Shown here one piece after another: positions 28,271 through 40,080 of a DNA stretch of 64,000 nt. Both the position numbers and the translations under genes were made by a program. Every line of letters starts with the position of its first letter. Positions within the stretch are counted from its first letter, which is position 1. Below the pieces are notes generated by a model. The model was not told the origin of the DNA. It was given only the letters and a program-made list of their open reading frames with translations, and did no database searches. Source of the DNA: Vibrio sp. (lineage in GTDB: Bacteria > Pseudomonadota > Gammaproteobacteria > Enterobacterales > Vibrionaceae). Where the stretch lies: contig JBFGYW010000002.1 of assembly GCA_041587235.1 (NCBI GenBank), positions 793-64,792 of the forward strand. Direction: 5' to 3'.

Positions 28271-30567
28271 CTATGACTTTTTTAAATCACTTACGCAGAT
28301 TGTCGGCAGTTCTGCTTTCCACCCTAGTTGTCCTGTGGGCCAGTCAAGCGCAAGCGATGGTTCATCACCAATTAGAACTCAGTCCATTTTACGGCGGCAA
28401 TAACACCTTGCGGCTCGAAGGGGAACGCGCGTCGGCCAACATTTCGATTCCAGTCTCACCGCTTGCCTCAATTAAATCGGCTCAGTTACATCTAGAGGCC
28501 ACCACGTCGATTGCGTTATTACAACGCCAATCGGTGTTGTCGATACGCTTTAATGATATTACCATTGGTCAAATCGAGCTCAATGCCAACAAACCCCTGA
28601 TCTCGGCCGACCTCTCGATACCCAAAGACTTATGGCGCGCTGAATACAACAACCTCACCTTTGCGGTCAGCCAGCACTCGCAACTCTGCCAAGACCCAGA
28701 CGCACCCGAGCTTTGGACCGAAATTAATTTAAACCGCTCAACGCTGTCGATAGACGATGCTATTGAAGCCAAGCCGATGCGCTTACAATCCCTGTCTGGA
28801 TTTTTTCACCCCGGTATCGGTGGCCAACATCAGGCGGACATTTTTACTATCGATGGTGATAAAGGACTCAAGCCATTGAGCCAAAAAGCGTTACCGTTAA
28901 TTGCACAAGGAGTGGCGATTCGCGAACAGTACCGCTCCGTAACCTTTACACACCATACTATCTTCCCCGCAAGCGCCCCCGACGACACATCATCACCAGG
29001 TGCGAACAACAATGGACGCAGCAGTTGGTATTTACCCAAGCAAAGTCCTCAGGAGCAATTGCATATTGTGGCGGCCACCCGTGAGGCGTTAAAGCCCTTG
29101 ATCAGTGACGCTGTCTATCAACAAATCAAAGGGCCTTTCTTACTCATTCAACAAACCTCAAAGGCCGAGGGGTTTACCACAAGCTCATCGGCCCGCGAAC
29201 GTCACTATCGTTTATTGGTCTCAGGGGTGACGGCAGACGACGTGATCCAAGCGGCCGATACGCTTGCTCATATGGATGACGTGCTCAATCCCGATGATCA
29301 ACTGACCATTTTGAGCCAACACAACTCGGTAGAAACCTTAGATCAGCAGCGTATGGTGCTTCACCCTGGAAAGACCTATGCCTTTAGTCAACTTGGGCAA
29401 GCGCCGCTGTATTTCACTGGTCGCGGTAGTTTCAGTCAAAATATGACCGTGCGCTTACCCGCCGATTTTTACCCGGCTGAAAATGCCAAGATCAAACTGT
29501 CGCTCAATTTTGGTTATGGCGCTGGCTTTGGCACTGGGTCAATTTTAAATATTTCGGTCAATGGCGATGTGGTGCATTCCGTGCCGCTCGATGAAGTTCA
29601 AGGCCACGCGTACCGAGACTTTGTCTTTACCATCCCCGCGCGCTACTTTAGTGGTGGTTTTAATAACCTCAACTTTTACGTCAACCAAAATACCCCACAA
29701 GTCTCAGGTCAATGTACCGATGTCTACGGCGGCTACTTGCGCTTTAATCTCAACAATACCTCAGAGATCACCATACCCGAGGCATCGCACATTGCCCGTC
29801 AACCCGACTTGCGTTTGATGACGCAAACCGGTTACCCCTTTGCTCAGTTTAACAATCAAGAAGTGAGTAATATTTACCTTGCGAGTCCATCGATGTTATC
29901 GCCTGCTCTAACGCTGATCGGGAAAATGGCGCAATCGGCGGGTAATATTTTGCCTAATCTCGCGATCGAAAATGACATTCCAGCTCAGCTTTCTGCCAAT
30001 GCCATCGTCTTGGCCACTCCTGAGCAATTAAGCCCAGCGCTGTTTGACAATGTCACTACCTCGATCACCAAAACCAAAAACTGGGCGTACCGATTGCAAA
30101 ACACCCTGTATAACTTGGTCGCTCAACAGCCATTAGAATCTCAGGCAGAACCCATTGCCGCCAGCTCTTTTACTGAGCAAAAAAGCAGTTTAGGCCCACT
30201 GTCTATCTTACTTGGCACTAAAAACCCTTTATCTGATCAAGTGGGGACCTTGGTTATCCTCACCGCTGACAGCGCTGAACTTCTCAAGAAACGTACCGAA
30301 GAGCTGGTTGACAATCAAATGTGGGGACAAGTACGCGGTGACTTTTTTGCTTGGCAAAGCGCCGAGAAGCCGGCTTTGGTAATGCAAACCTCGGCACCTT
30401 ATAACATCGGCCACGAAGAGACCTTTATGGAAGTGCGCGCCTGGCTATCACAAAACCCTTGGTACTGGCTAATTATTACCGTCAGCTTAGTCATTCTCGT
30501 TGCGATATTGGCGTTTATTTTACTAAAACGCAAACATCGTCAGGTGGAAGAACAATGGCAGAATTAA
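28267..30567 (+). CDS. bcsB: cellulose synthase periplasmic subunit BcsB
   Basis: 766 aa with a signal peptide and a single C-terminal TM anchor (WYWLIITVSLVILVAILAFILL). ATGA overlap with the bcsA stop. Operon position fits BcsB. Confidence 0.85.
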   Translation: MTMTFLNHLRRLSAVLLSTLVVLWASQAQAMVHHQLELSPFYGGNNTLRLEGERASANISIPVSPLASIKSAQLHLEATTSIALLQRQSVLSIRFNDITIGQIELNANKPLISADLSIPKDLWRAEYNNLTFAVSQHSQLCQDPDAPELWTEINLNRSTLSIDDAIEAKPMRLQSLSGFFHPGIGGQHQADIFTIDGDKGLKPLSQKALPLIAQGVAIREQYRSVTFTHHTIFPASAPDDTSSPGANNNGRSSWYLPKQSPQEQLHIVAATREALKPLISDAVYQQIKGPFLLIQQTSKAEGFTTSSSARERHYRLLVSGVTADDVIQAADTLAHMDDVLNPDDQLTILSQHNSVETLDQQRMVLHPGKTYAFSQLGQAPLYFTGRGSFSQNMTVRLPADFYPAENAKIKLSLNFGYGAGFGTGSILNISVNGDVVHSVPLDEVQGHAYRDFVFTIPARYFSGGFNNLNFYVNQNTPQVSGQCTDVYGGYLRFNLNNTSEITIPEASHIARQPDLRLMTQTGYPFAQFNNQEVSNIYLASPSMLSPALTLIGKMAQSAGNILPNLAIENDIPAQLSANAIVLATPEQLSPALFDNVTTSITKTKNWAYRLQNTLYNLVAQQPLESQAEPIAASSFTEQKSSLGPLSILLGTKNPLSDQVGTLVILTADSAELLKKRTEELVDNQMWGQVRGDFFAWQSAEKPALVMQTSAPYNIGHEETFMEVRAWLSQNPWYWLIITVSLVILVAILAFILLKRKHRQVEEQWQN

Positions 30568-31658
30568 TCTCACACCGCGTCAAAAAAGGGATACTTGCCG
30601 TGCTCGTCGCACTGGGGGTCAGCCATTGTTCGCCACCTGAACGCAGCCCATTTCAACACGATTGGGAACACTACAAAGCACGCTTTTTGGATCACGGCCG
30701 AGTGGTTGATACCGCCAATCAAGACATTTCTCATAGTGAAGGCCAGGGATACGGCATGTTGTTCGCCGTTTATGCCCAAGACAAAAGTGCCTTTCAACAA
30801 ATGTGGCAATGGACTCAAAAGGTACTCGCTCGCGACGATCACTTGTACAGTTGGAAATATCAGCCTTGTCCAAGCCAAGACAGGGCGTGTGTTAGCGATA
30901 CCAACAACGCCTCCGATGGCGATATTCTCATTGCTTGGGCATTACTGCTCGCCGCTGAGCAATGGCAGGAGCCCCGTTGGCAACAAGCGGCACTGCAAAC
31001 CTTAGCCACGGTTAAGTCCAAATTGATCGCGCGACGTTTTGGCCATTTAATACTTCTACCTGCCGAGTACGGCTTTGAACCGGATAAAGCACGAGTGCAA
31101 TTAAACTTATCTTATTGGGTGTTTCCTGCGCTCGAAGCATTTAGCCAACAGACGCAAGACCCAATTTGGCATCAGCTGTACCTGTCCGGTGAACACTTGA
31201 TCCATTTGGCGCAATTTGGCCAATGGCACCTACCGCCAGATTGGGTGATGTTAAACGCGCGTGGATTGTCACTTGAAGGGACACTTTCGCCCGATTACGC
31301 TTATAACGCGTGTCGTATTCCTCTGTACTTAGCCATGTCTGAGCACGGCGATCACGCTTTGCTGACGCCTTTTATTGATTTTTGGCAACAAGATAATGTG
31401 CCAGCGACCGTCAACCTGATCGACAATTCACACGCAGAGTACACCATGAATAGTGGCATGCAAGCGATCGCCACCAGTGTGCAGCAAGTGTATCGCCAGC
31501 ACCACCAACAAACCTCTCCCCCAATGCTTACCAAGGAGACGGCACCAGTGAACTTAGCAGCGCGCTTACCCAACATCGATAAAGACAGCGATTATTACTC
31601 TGCGAGTTTAATTCTGCTGTCGCAACTTGCCTTACTTAAGGAGAACCCTCAACCATGA
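30555..31658 (+). CDS. bcsZ: GH8 endo-1,4-glucanase BcsZ
   Basis: GH8 catalytic block ISHSEGQGYGMLFAV, a DGD block (ASDGDILIAWALL) and a signal peptide. The start overlaps the end of bcsB. Confidence 0.85.
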   Translation: MAELISHRVKKGILAVLVALGVSHCSPPERSPFQHDWEHYKARFLDHGRVVDTANQDISHSEGQGYGMLFAVYAQDKSAFQQMWQWTQKVLARDDHLYSWKYQPCPSQDRACVSDTNNASDGDILIAWALLLAAEQWQEPRWQQAALQTLATVKSKLIARRFGHLILLPAEYGFEPDKARVQLNLSYWVFPALEAFSQQTQDPIWHQLYLSGEHLIHLAQFGQWHLPPDWVMLNARGLSLEGTLSPDYAYNACRIPLYLAMSEHGDHALLTPFIDFWQQDNVPATVNLIDNSHAEYTMNSGMQAIATSVQQVYRQHHQQTSPPMLTKETAPVNLAARLPNIDKDSDYYSASLILLSQLALLKENPQP

Positions 31659-33988
31659 TGCGGCACTCGACTCCCCCACTTTTGCTTAGTGTGTGTGTCT
31701 CCTTTGCACTATCGGCGAATACCGTGAACGTCGAGTACCAAAAACAGGCCCTCGATCAGCAAAGCGCCGAACTCAATGCCCAAGAGCTCTTCGGCGCTAA
31801 GGTCGATACCTTTGCTTTGTGGCACTATATTCGCCAGCAGCGCACCGACTCGGCAATGCAAGAATTACAACGTTTAAAACACACCTACCCAACCTGGCAG
31901 CCGGAAAAGGCGATTTTAGACACCATTGCCGCGCAGCTGCGTATTGCGTTGCGCTTGCAGTCACAGGCGGAGGAAAGTGAACAACAACCCAAGGCCAGTA
32001 GTCGGCGCAACTTCGTTGTTGACCCGGTGGAAGCGCTGTTTTCTCGCTTGAGTCGGCAGAGCAAGTCACAATGGAAAAAGCTGCCTAACAAAACGGTGTC
32101 GAGTGCCTCTAAAGCCGCGTTTGCGCAAAATAACCCTGCACGCTTACGTCTCGTCGGCTGGATTTTGCTCAGTCGCTCTCAGTATCGCCAAGCGTTAGAT
32201 CATTTTCAACATGCCTTGGCGATCACCGGTCCCAATACCAATGCGAAAGATGGGCGGGATACCGCCTTAAAAGGCATGATCACCGAGGCAATAAAGCACA
32301 ACGATCAAGCCGAGTTAACACAACTGATAGCACAAGCACCGACCATCGCCAAGACGGTGATCAATGCCGCCGCTTGGCAACGCTTTGACGCGCAACAATG
32401 GCAAGCCGCGAACTCGCTGTTTGCCACCTCGGGGCACTTATATGGCCAAGTGTTATCGCTGGAAAAAATGGGCCAAGAGCCACAAGCGTTTGAACTGGCG
32501 TGTCAACACGTCACCCAAGCAAACTTACTCAATTTCTGTATTGAGGGCTATGCCAAACGCCAGTTAGGCCACTTTCAGCAGCAAGAGTACCACCAGAGTG
32601 AAATCATGGCCGAGGCTATCCAAAGCCTAGGCCAGTTAAACGACCAGCAGATGGAGATTTACGCTTGGACACAAGCCAAACTTAACCATCGCGGTCAACG
32701 GCAGTGGGCTTTTGCTCAACTGATTTCCCGTCAGCCGAACAATCACACGTTTGCCAAGGCCTTGGTCGATAGCTTTGATCGCCAAGACCCGATCTTGGAT
32801 CAATTTGCTCACTCTTACCCTTCTGTGCAAGAGGCGCTAACCGAAAAGCAAAAGCAAACCGCTTGGTCTCGCAAACAATTTGACCGCTTCTACGCCTTAG
32901 ACAAACACGCAGAACAGGCGGAGCAAACCGAGTTATCCGCAGGATTTGATTGGCAAAATAACGACACTGGCAGTGACTTAACCCGTTTGCAAAGCCAGCA
33001 GTATTCTCTGGGTTATACGCGTCGCCATCAAGGCGATCAGTACGGGCTAAAGGCTTCGTATTTCGCTTATCAAGGCGGCAGTAATACCGAAAACAACGTC
33101 CTGACCAACACCAAGGCCACTCAGTTACAAGCCTTTGCCAGTCGACAAGACGCCGACGGAAACGCCCTTGCTCGCCTGACTTATCAGCAGCCTCAAAACG
33201 ACTTGCCGGCGCGATGGTTTGCCCTGCTCTCCGGGGTTTGGTTTGCTGACCCGTGGACTTATGCTGCCAGCCTCTATCGCGATCCTATCGATGACACCTT
33301 GCTCAGTACCACAGGCAGCAAAGAAGAGGGCGAATCTTGGGGTAGTGTCAGTGCCAATGGCGCTCGCGCCTTGTTCAATTACCAATGGGACCGTACCTGG
33401 TCATCGAGTGCGCAGCTTGACTGGGCTTGGATTGAAGGCACTGAAGTTGGCAGTAATCAAAAATTCAGTATCAGCACGGGGTTGAGTAAAGATATTGCCG
33501 GTCAATTGTCTTATCCATTTGACTACCTTCGCCTCGGGCCTTACTTGTCTTGGATGCATTACAAAGAAAATCAAAACGACTATTCGCTCGGTAATGGTGG
33601 TTACTTTAGTCCGAAACAATTTCTCAGTGCCGGCGGACAACTGCAGTGGCTAAGCGAGGAAAATCGCACTTGGCAATGGGCAGGACGCATCGCACTTGGC
33701 TATAACCAAGTCGACAATGGCGATGTCATAAGCGATCGATATGGCGAGTCAACCTCTGTCAGCCAAAGTAACGACAGTGGTTTGGGCGGGACTGTGCGCT
33801 TAGAAGGCCAATGGTTACTGGACTCGCGTTGGGAGTTGGCCGGTTTATTGGAATATCAAGCCAGTGCCTCTTATGATCAAACCCTGCTCGGCATTGAACT
33901 GCGCTGGAACCAAGCCGAGCGAACTGGCGTGACCAGCGATGGCTTGATCTCGTCTTCTCCATATCGGTTAAATTACGCTTGGTACTGA
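31655..33988 (+). CDS. bcsC: BcsC-like outer-membrane cellulose export protein (short TPR region plus C-terminal beta-barrel)
   Basis: Signal peptide, helical and Gln-rich TPR-like N-terminal half, and a C-terminal region with alternating aromatic beta-strand pattern (GNGGYFSPKQFLSAGGQLQW... ending in YAWY). ATGA overlap with bcsZ. The length is 777 aa, well below my recollection of more than 1100 aa for E. coli BcsC. Confidence 0.75.
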   Translation: MMRHSTPPLLLSVCVSFALSANTVNVEYQKQALDQQSAELNAQELFGAKVDTFALWHYIRQQRTDSAMQELQRLKHTYPTWQPEKAILDTIAAQLRIALRLQSQAEESEQQPKASSRRNFVVDPVEALFSRLSRQSKSQWKKLPNKTVSSASKAAFAQNNPARLRLVGWILLSRSQYRQALDHFQHALAITGPNTNAKDGRDTALKGMITEAIKHNDQAELTQLIAQAPTIAKTVINAAAWQRFDAQQWQAANSLFATSGHLYGQVLSLEKMGQEPQAFELACQHVTQANLLNFCIEGYAKRQLGHFQQQEYHQSEIMAEAIQSLGQLNDQQMEIYAWTQAKLNHRGQRQWAFAQLISRQPNNHTFAKALVDSFDRQDPILDQFAHSYPSVQEALTEKQKQTAWSRKQFDRFYALDKHAEQAEQTELSAGFDWQNNDTGSDLTRLQSQQYSLGYTRRHQGDQYGLKASYFAYQGGSNTENNVLTNTKATQLQAFASRQDADGNALARLTYQQPQNDLPARWFALLSGVWFADPWTYAASLYRDPIDDTLLSTTGSKEEGESWGSVSANGARALFNYQWDRTWSSSAQLDWAWIEGTEVGSNQKFSISTGLSKDIAGQLSYPFDYLRLGPYLSWMHYKENQNDYSLGNGGYFSPKQFLSAGGQLQWLSEENRTWQWAGRIALGYNQVDNGDVISDRYGESTSVSQSNDSGLGGTVRLEGQWLLDSRWELAGLLEYQASASYDQTLLGIELRWNQAERTGVTSDGLISSSPYRLNYAWY

Positions 33989-34025
33989 TGGAACACTCGC
34001 TCAGCGCTGGCGATTAAGCACAGGA

Positions 34026-34060
34026 TCAAAAAAGGGGCACAAGTCATCAAACTGCCCCTT
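34026..34060 (-). terminator. rho-independent terminator after the MFS gene (convergent with bcsC)
   Basis: aaggggca (34032-34039) pairs with tgcccctt (34053-34060). A T-run follows on the minus strand. Confidence 0.6.
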
Positions 34061-34081
34061 AACTCACCGGTGAAAAACGGG

Positions 34082-35290
34082 TTAAGACTCCATTTGTGGC
34101 AACTTATCAACCACGAAGTCGCGACGCTTGACCCGCCACCACAACACACCACCAACGAAACCAATAATCAATTGAATCCAGGCAAGGTTTTGTAACATGG
34201 TGTCTGGGTTAAGCGAGACAATCGACATGCCAAGCGCGCCACACATCATGGTTGAGAATTGGATCACCGCCACCGCCGACCCCGTATCTTTGCTTTGTTG
34301 TTCTAACATTAAGTTCGTACCCGGCACCCGCAAAGAGATGACCGACATGGTCGCCGTCGCCGCCAATAATGCAAATACGTAGGGACTGCTGGCCCCTAAC
34401 AAGGTCATCGCAACGCCCGATAAGGTCAAACCAAGAAAACTGCAGCTTATCATCGCGGGTATCGAGATATAACGCGTCACTTTTAAATAGACCCGCGGGG
34501 CAAAAGATGCGCAAAAGGCGTTAAAAGCGAAAAAGTAACTAAATACCTGCTCGGTAAGGCCAAAGCCATTGATGTAGACATAAGAGCCCGCCGCCAAAAA
34601 GGCCATCATCGCCAACGCAGGTAAAGAAAAAATCAACAGTAACTGCAAAAAAGCGCGATTTTGTGTCACTACCCACAATCGCCCCCAAGCGCGAAACACT
34701 GACCCGGTATACTTTTCAGTCAAAGTTTCTCGATAGGCCAAAGCAAAGGGCAAACACACAGCGCCAAATATCGCCAAAGCAATAAACATCCAATGCCAGT
34801 TGCCGACCGTCAATAAAAACGCGCCTAATACTGGCGCAATCATGGGGGCAATAATCACCAGCGACATGATGGTGGCCATGATCTTTTCTCGCTCGCGGCC
34901 TTGGTACATATCTTTGACAATCGCGGTCGCTACCACTGTGACGGCACTGCCGCCAAACGCTTGACATACCCGTGACCCAATCAGCATTTCCACGGAATAA
35001 CTGCCCGCACAGGCCAAGCTGGCGAGAATATAAAGCCCGATGCCGACTAACATGATCGGCTTGCGACCAAACTTTTCACTCAAAGGCCCCCAAAACAGCA
35101 AACCCGCGGCATAGACACCAAAATAACCGCTTAACGTCAGGTTGATTAAGGTTTGTGATGTGTTCAGTGTTTCGACCATATGCGGCAAGGCCGGTAAATA
35201 CAAATCCGTGGTGAGGGGGGGGAAGGCACTGATGATCACCAAAAACAATAATGTCCACTTGCGACCCAGTCGCGGTTGTAGATGTTGCAA
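34082..35290 (-). CDS. MFS transporter, Bcr/CflA-like
   Basis: 12-TM ORF with the Bcr-type motif TTDLYLPALP. Start moved to the TTG at 35290, which has GAGGA 7 nt upstream. The ORF-track start (TTG 35326) lies inside a strong hairpin. Confidence 0.75.
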   Translation of the reverse strand: MQHLQPRLGRKWTLLFLVIISAFPPLTTDLYLPALPHMVETLNTSQTLINLTLSGYFGVYAAGLLFWGPLSEKFGRKPIMLVGIGLYILASLACAGSYSVEMLIGSRVCQAFGGSAVTVVATAIVKDMYQGREREKIMATIMSLVIIAPMIAPVLGAFLLTVGNWHWMFIALAIFGAVCLPFALAYRETLTEKYTGSVFRAWGRLWVVTQNRAFLQLLLIFSLPALAMMAFLAAGSYVYINGFGLTEQVFSYFFAFNAFCASFAPRVYLKVTRYISIPAMISCSFLGLTLSGVAMTLLGASSPYVFALLAATATMSVISLRVPGTNLMLEQQSKDTGSAVAVIQFSTMMCGALGMSIVSLNPDTMLQNLAWIQLIIGFVGGVLWWRVKRRDFVVDKLPQMES

Positions 35291-35310
35291 GGTATTTTCC
35301 TCTGACAATA

Positions 35311-35339
35311 AAAAAAGAGAACGCAATGTTCTCTTTTTT
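35311..35339 (-). terminator. perfect 12-bp inverted repeat between the gntR-family gene and the MFS gene (terminator or attenuator)
   Basis: aaaaaagagaac-gcaat-gttctctttttt. On either strand it reads as an A-run, a stem and a U-run. Confidence 0.5.
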
Positions 35340-35358
35340 GAACCAACGAAGGCGATAA

Positions 35359-36126
35359 TTATACCGCTTTTTTAATGTCACTCTCAGCTAATAGCGCTTG
35401 ATTTTGTTCTTCGAGTGCTTGCAATCGATGGTTGTTCTCATTGAGGTGAGTGACCGACGCCAATTTCGCTTTTTCACCATTGCCCGCCATGATCGCTTCG
35501 TAAATCGTGCGGTGCTCATTAATGCACGTGCCGCCATCTTTTGAAGAGTGGATAAAGAAGTTGACGAACATGGTCTTGAGAATATTGCCAAACGGCAAGT
35601 AGAAGTCATTGCCGGTTGAGCGGAAAATCAGATCGTGAAAACGCATGTCGACCTGAGTCCACTTTTGCTGATCGAAGGGCTGTGCTTCGGCAACTGTGCA
35701 CATTTCCTGGAAGGCTTCAGACAATTGAATGCGTTGCTCAGCGGTGGCGTATTTGGCGGCCAATAGACAAGCTTCTGGCTCAATCGCCAAACGCAAGCCG
35801 AGAAACTGACGGTAGAAAACGCTTTTATCTGTGATACCGTCCATCCACTCGAGCAATTGTGAGTCAAGGAAGTTCCAATACGCTCTTTCAACCACTTTCG
35901 TACCGACTTTAGGTCTTGACTCTAACATGCCTTTTGAAGTGAGCAACTTAACCGCTTCTCGCAGCGCTGTGCGACTCACGCCAAATTGCTCACACAAGAA
36001 CATCTCACCAGGTAAGATAGAACCCTGCTCAATTTTTCCCGATAAAATTCCTCGAGCAATCTCTCGTGCCACTTGAACGTGCAAGCTGCGCTTTGAGCCA
36101 GAGATTGAAGAAAAAGAATTCGCCAT
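35359..36126 (-). CDS. GntR-family (FadR subfamily, FCD domain) transcriptional regulator
   Basis: N-terminal wHTH (EQFGVSRTALREAVKLLTSKGMLESRPKVGTKV) plus a helical FCD-type C-terminal domain. Confidence 0.85.
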   Translation of the reverse strand: MANSFSSISGSKRSLHVQVAREIARGILSGKIEQGSILPGEMFLCEQFGVSRTALREAVKLLTSKGMLESRPKVGTKVVERAYWNFLDSQLLEWMDGITDKSVFYRQFLGLRLAIEPEACLLAAKYATAEQRIQLSEAFQEMCTVAEAQPFDQQKWTQVDMRFHDLIFRSTGNDFYLPFGNILKTMFVNFFIHSSKDGGTCINEHRTIYEAIMAGNGEKAKLASVTHLNENNHRLQALEEQNQALLAESDIKKAV

Positions 36127-36150
36127 GGTGCGTTCAACCTAAAATAATTA

Positions 36151-36164
36151 GTAGTATTTAATAC
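36151..36164. promoter_or_regulatory. possible autoregulatory site GTAGTATTTAATAC next to the GntR-family gene start
   Basis: Shares GTAGTAT with the 36494-36508 site and contains the palindrome GTATT-T-AATAC. It lies 25-38 nt upstream of the regulator start codon. Confidence 0.3.
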
Positions 36165-36493
36165 CAATATACCATAAAAATTGTCATCGGCCGTGATTTC
36201 TCTCCTCTATTTGCGTTTTTTTACCCAACAACATGACCCGTCACCCAGTTACCATTGACCCTACACTCATTACATCCCATTCATTTTGGTACGGAATACA
36301 GGTAATTTGAACGCGCATTTATTCTTTTTATTCACAAAATGGCCTTTTTTGTGAGCAAATGCACCGGATAAATACGAGCATGAGTCACGGACAGCACGAA
36401 TTGGGCCACGGCCTATCAGCGGGCTAGTGACGTGCTAAATGCGTGGCTAATCACAAATAAAATCATAGACCTAGGGTAAAAATAGCCTTTAAA

Positions 36494-36508
36494 GTAGTAT
36501 TGTACTAC
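36494..36508. promoter_or_regulatory. candidate GntR-type operator: nested palindromes GTAGTA-TTG-TACTAC (36494-36508) and ATTGTA-C-TACAAT (36496-36508), upstream of the SDR gene
   Basis: Both inverted repeats are perfect. The site lies about 50 nt upstream of the SDR ATG (36558). The arrangement fits the t.GT-N-AC.a pattern commonly described for GntR-family operators. Confidence 0.5.
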
Positions 36509-36557
36509 AATTTAATTGTCATTCAAAAACTTCCCTCTCGAATAAGGTAACCCCAAT

Positions 36558-37334
36558 ATGTTTAACGATCTCGCAGGAAAACGCATTTTAATCACCGGCT
36601 CCACCATCGGCATGGGCTTGGCTGCCGCCAAACTGTTTGTCCAATTGGGGGCGAAAGTCGGCTTAAATGGTCGCAGCCAATCCGATGCCGTCACTCAATT
36701 GGTCGCTGAGCTGAATCAAGAGCAAGGCGAAGCGGCTTTTTTTGCCGCAGACCTGACCCAAAGTGAGCAGTGCCAGCAACTGGTTCAAGACTTTACCGAT
36801 CACTTTGGCGGCTTGGATATTTTGATCAACAACGCTGGTGGCTTAGGGGGCAGAAGCCCACTCGAAGGCATTGATGATGGGTTTTATGACCACGTGATGA
36901 ACCTCAATGCCCGCTCAGCCTTAATGATGACCAAGTACTCGATTCCCTTTTTACGCGCTTCGGCCGAGCAATCTGGGCAAACGAGTTGCGTGATCAGCAC
37001 CGGCTCTATCGCAGCACGCGAAGGAGGCGGTGTCGGCGCGGGTATCTATGCCGCTTCTAAAGCTTGGTTGCACGACATTCATCGAAACTGGGTGAAGGAA
37101 TTTACCAAGGACAATATTCGCTTTAACATTGTCTCGCCTGGCACCATTGATACCGCTTTCCACGACGGTAAATCCGAGGAAGTCCGCACCGCGATCGCCA
37201 ACTCAATTCCGATGGGGCGCTTTGGCACCAGTGAAGAAGTCGCTCCTTCTTTTGCTTTTTTGGCTTCTCATGCTTGCTCGGGCTACATCACCGGACAAGT
37301 GTTGGATGTCAACGGCGGTCAAATCGCGCCTTAG
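36558..37334 (+). CDS. short-chain dehydrogenase/reductase, candidate DEH (4-deoxy-L-erythro-5-hexoseulose uronate) reductase
   Basis: SDR motifs TGSTIGMG, NNAG and YAASK. The DEH-reductase role is inferred from the GntR neighbour, the shared operator motif, and the absence of another reductase in the alginate locus. Confidence 0.8.
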   Translation: MFNDLAGKRILITGSTIGMGLAAAKLFVQLGAKVGLNGRSQSDAVTQLVAELNQEQGEAAFFAADLTQSEQCQQLVQDFTDHFGGLDILINNAGGLGGRSPLEGIDDGFYDHVMNLNARSALMMTKYSIPFLRASAEQSGQTSCVISTGSIAAREGGGVGAGIYAASKAWLHDIHRNWVKEFTKDNIRFNIVSPGTIDTAFHDGKSEEVRTAIANSIPMGRFGTSEEVAPSFAFLASHACSGYITGQVLDVNGGQIAP

Positions 37335-37383
37335 AGTGAAAGCCAAGATGGTCTGAGATTGGTATAAACTCACACCGCTTAAA

Positions 37384-37425
37384 AATAAAAAAAACGCCGA
37401 GCATTGAGCTCGGCGTTGTGTTTTA
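37384..37425. terminator. bidirectional rho-independent terminator between the SDR gene and katG
   Basis: aacgccgag (37393-37401) pairs with ctcggcgtt (37409-37417), flanked by an A-run and a T-run. Confidence 0.7.
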
Positions 37426-37442
37426 TCACTTGGGGTTAAGAC

Positions 37443-39689
<2,247 letters not shown>

Positions 39690-40005
39690 TTATATTCCAA
39701 GTAATTATCTATTTAAGGCGCTTAAACCAGTAAGGTCAGTATTGTTCAATTTTTACTACCTTGCCAGATTATTTTTTCATCACACCTGCTTGGTTTGAAC
39801 TCTATCACAGCGCCGCTTTAGGTAAAGTCGATTGAACCTATCCAATTAATAGTTCTAAACTATTTATCTGTCATGGTTACATCATAAGCCTGCCAATCGA
39901 GATAGCCGACCGACATGGCTGATGCCTAATAAGGCGACTCGCAATATCGACAAGACAATGGGGGCAACGCTCACTCTAACCGACTCACTCGTTAGCGCCT
40001 TAGAC

Positions 40006-40043
40006 CAATACCGTAACATTACATCAATACCATAACATTCACG
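40006..40043. repeat. tandem 19-bp direct repeat in the katG-rfbB spacer
   Basis: caataccgtaacattacat (40006-40024) and caataccataacattcacg (40025-40043). The first 15 nt differ at one position. Confidence 0.85.
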
Positions 40044-40080
40044 CCCCCCTGCCAGTTGAAAGTTTAATGACAAGCTTTGG

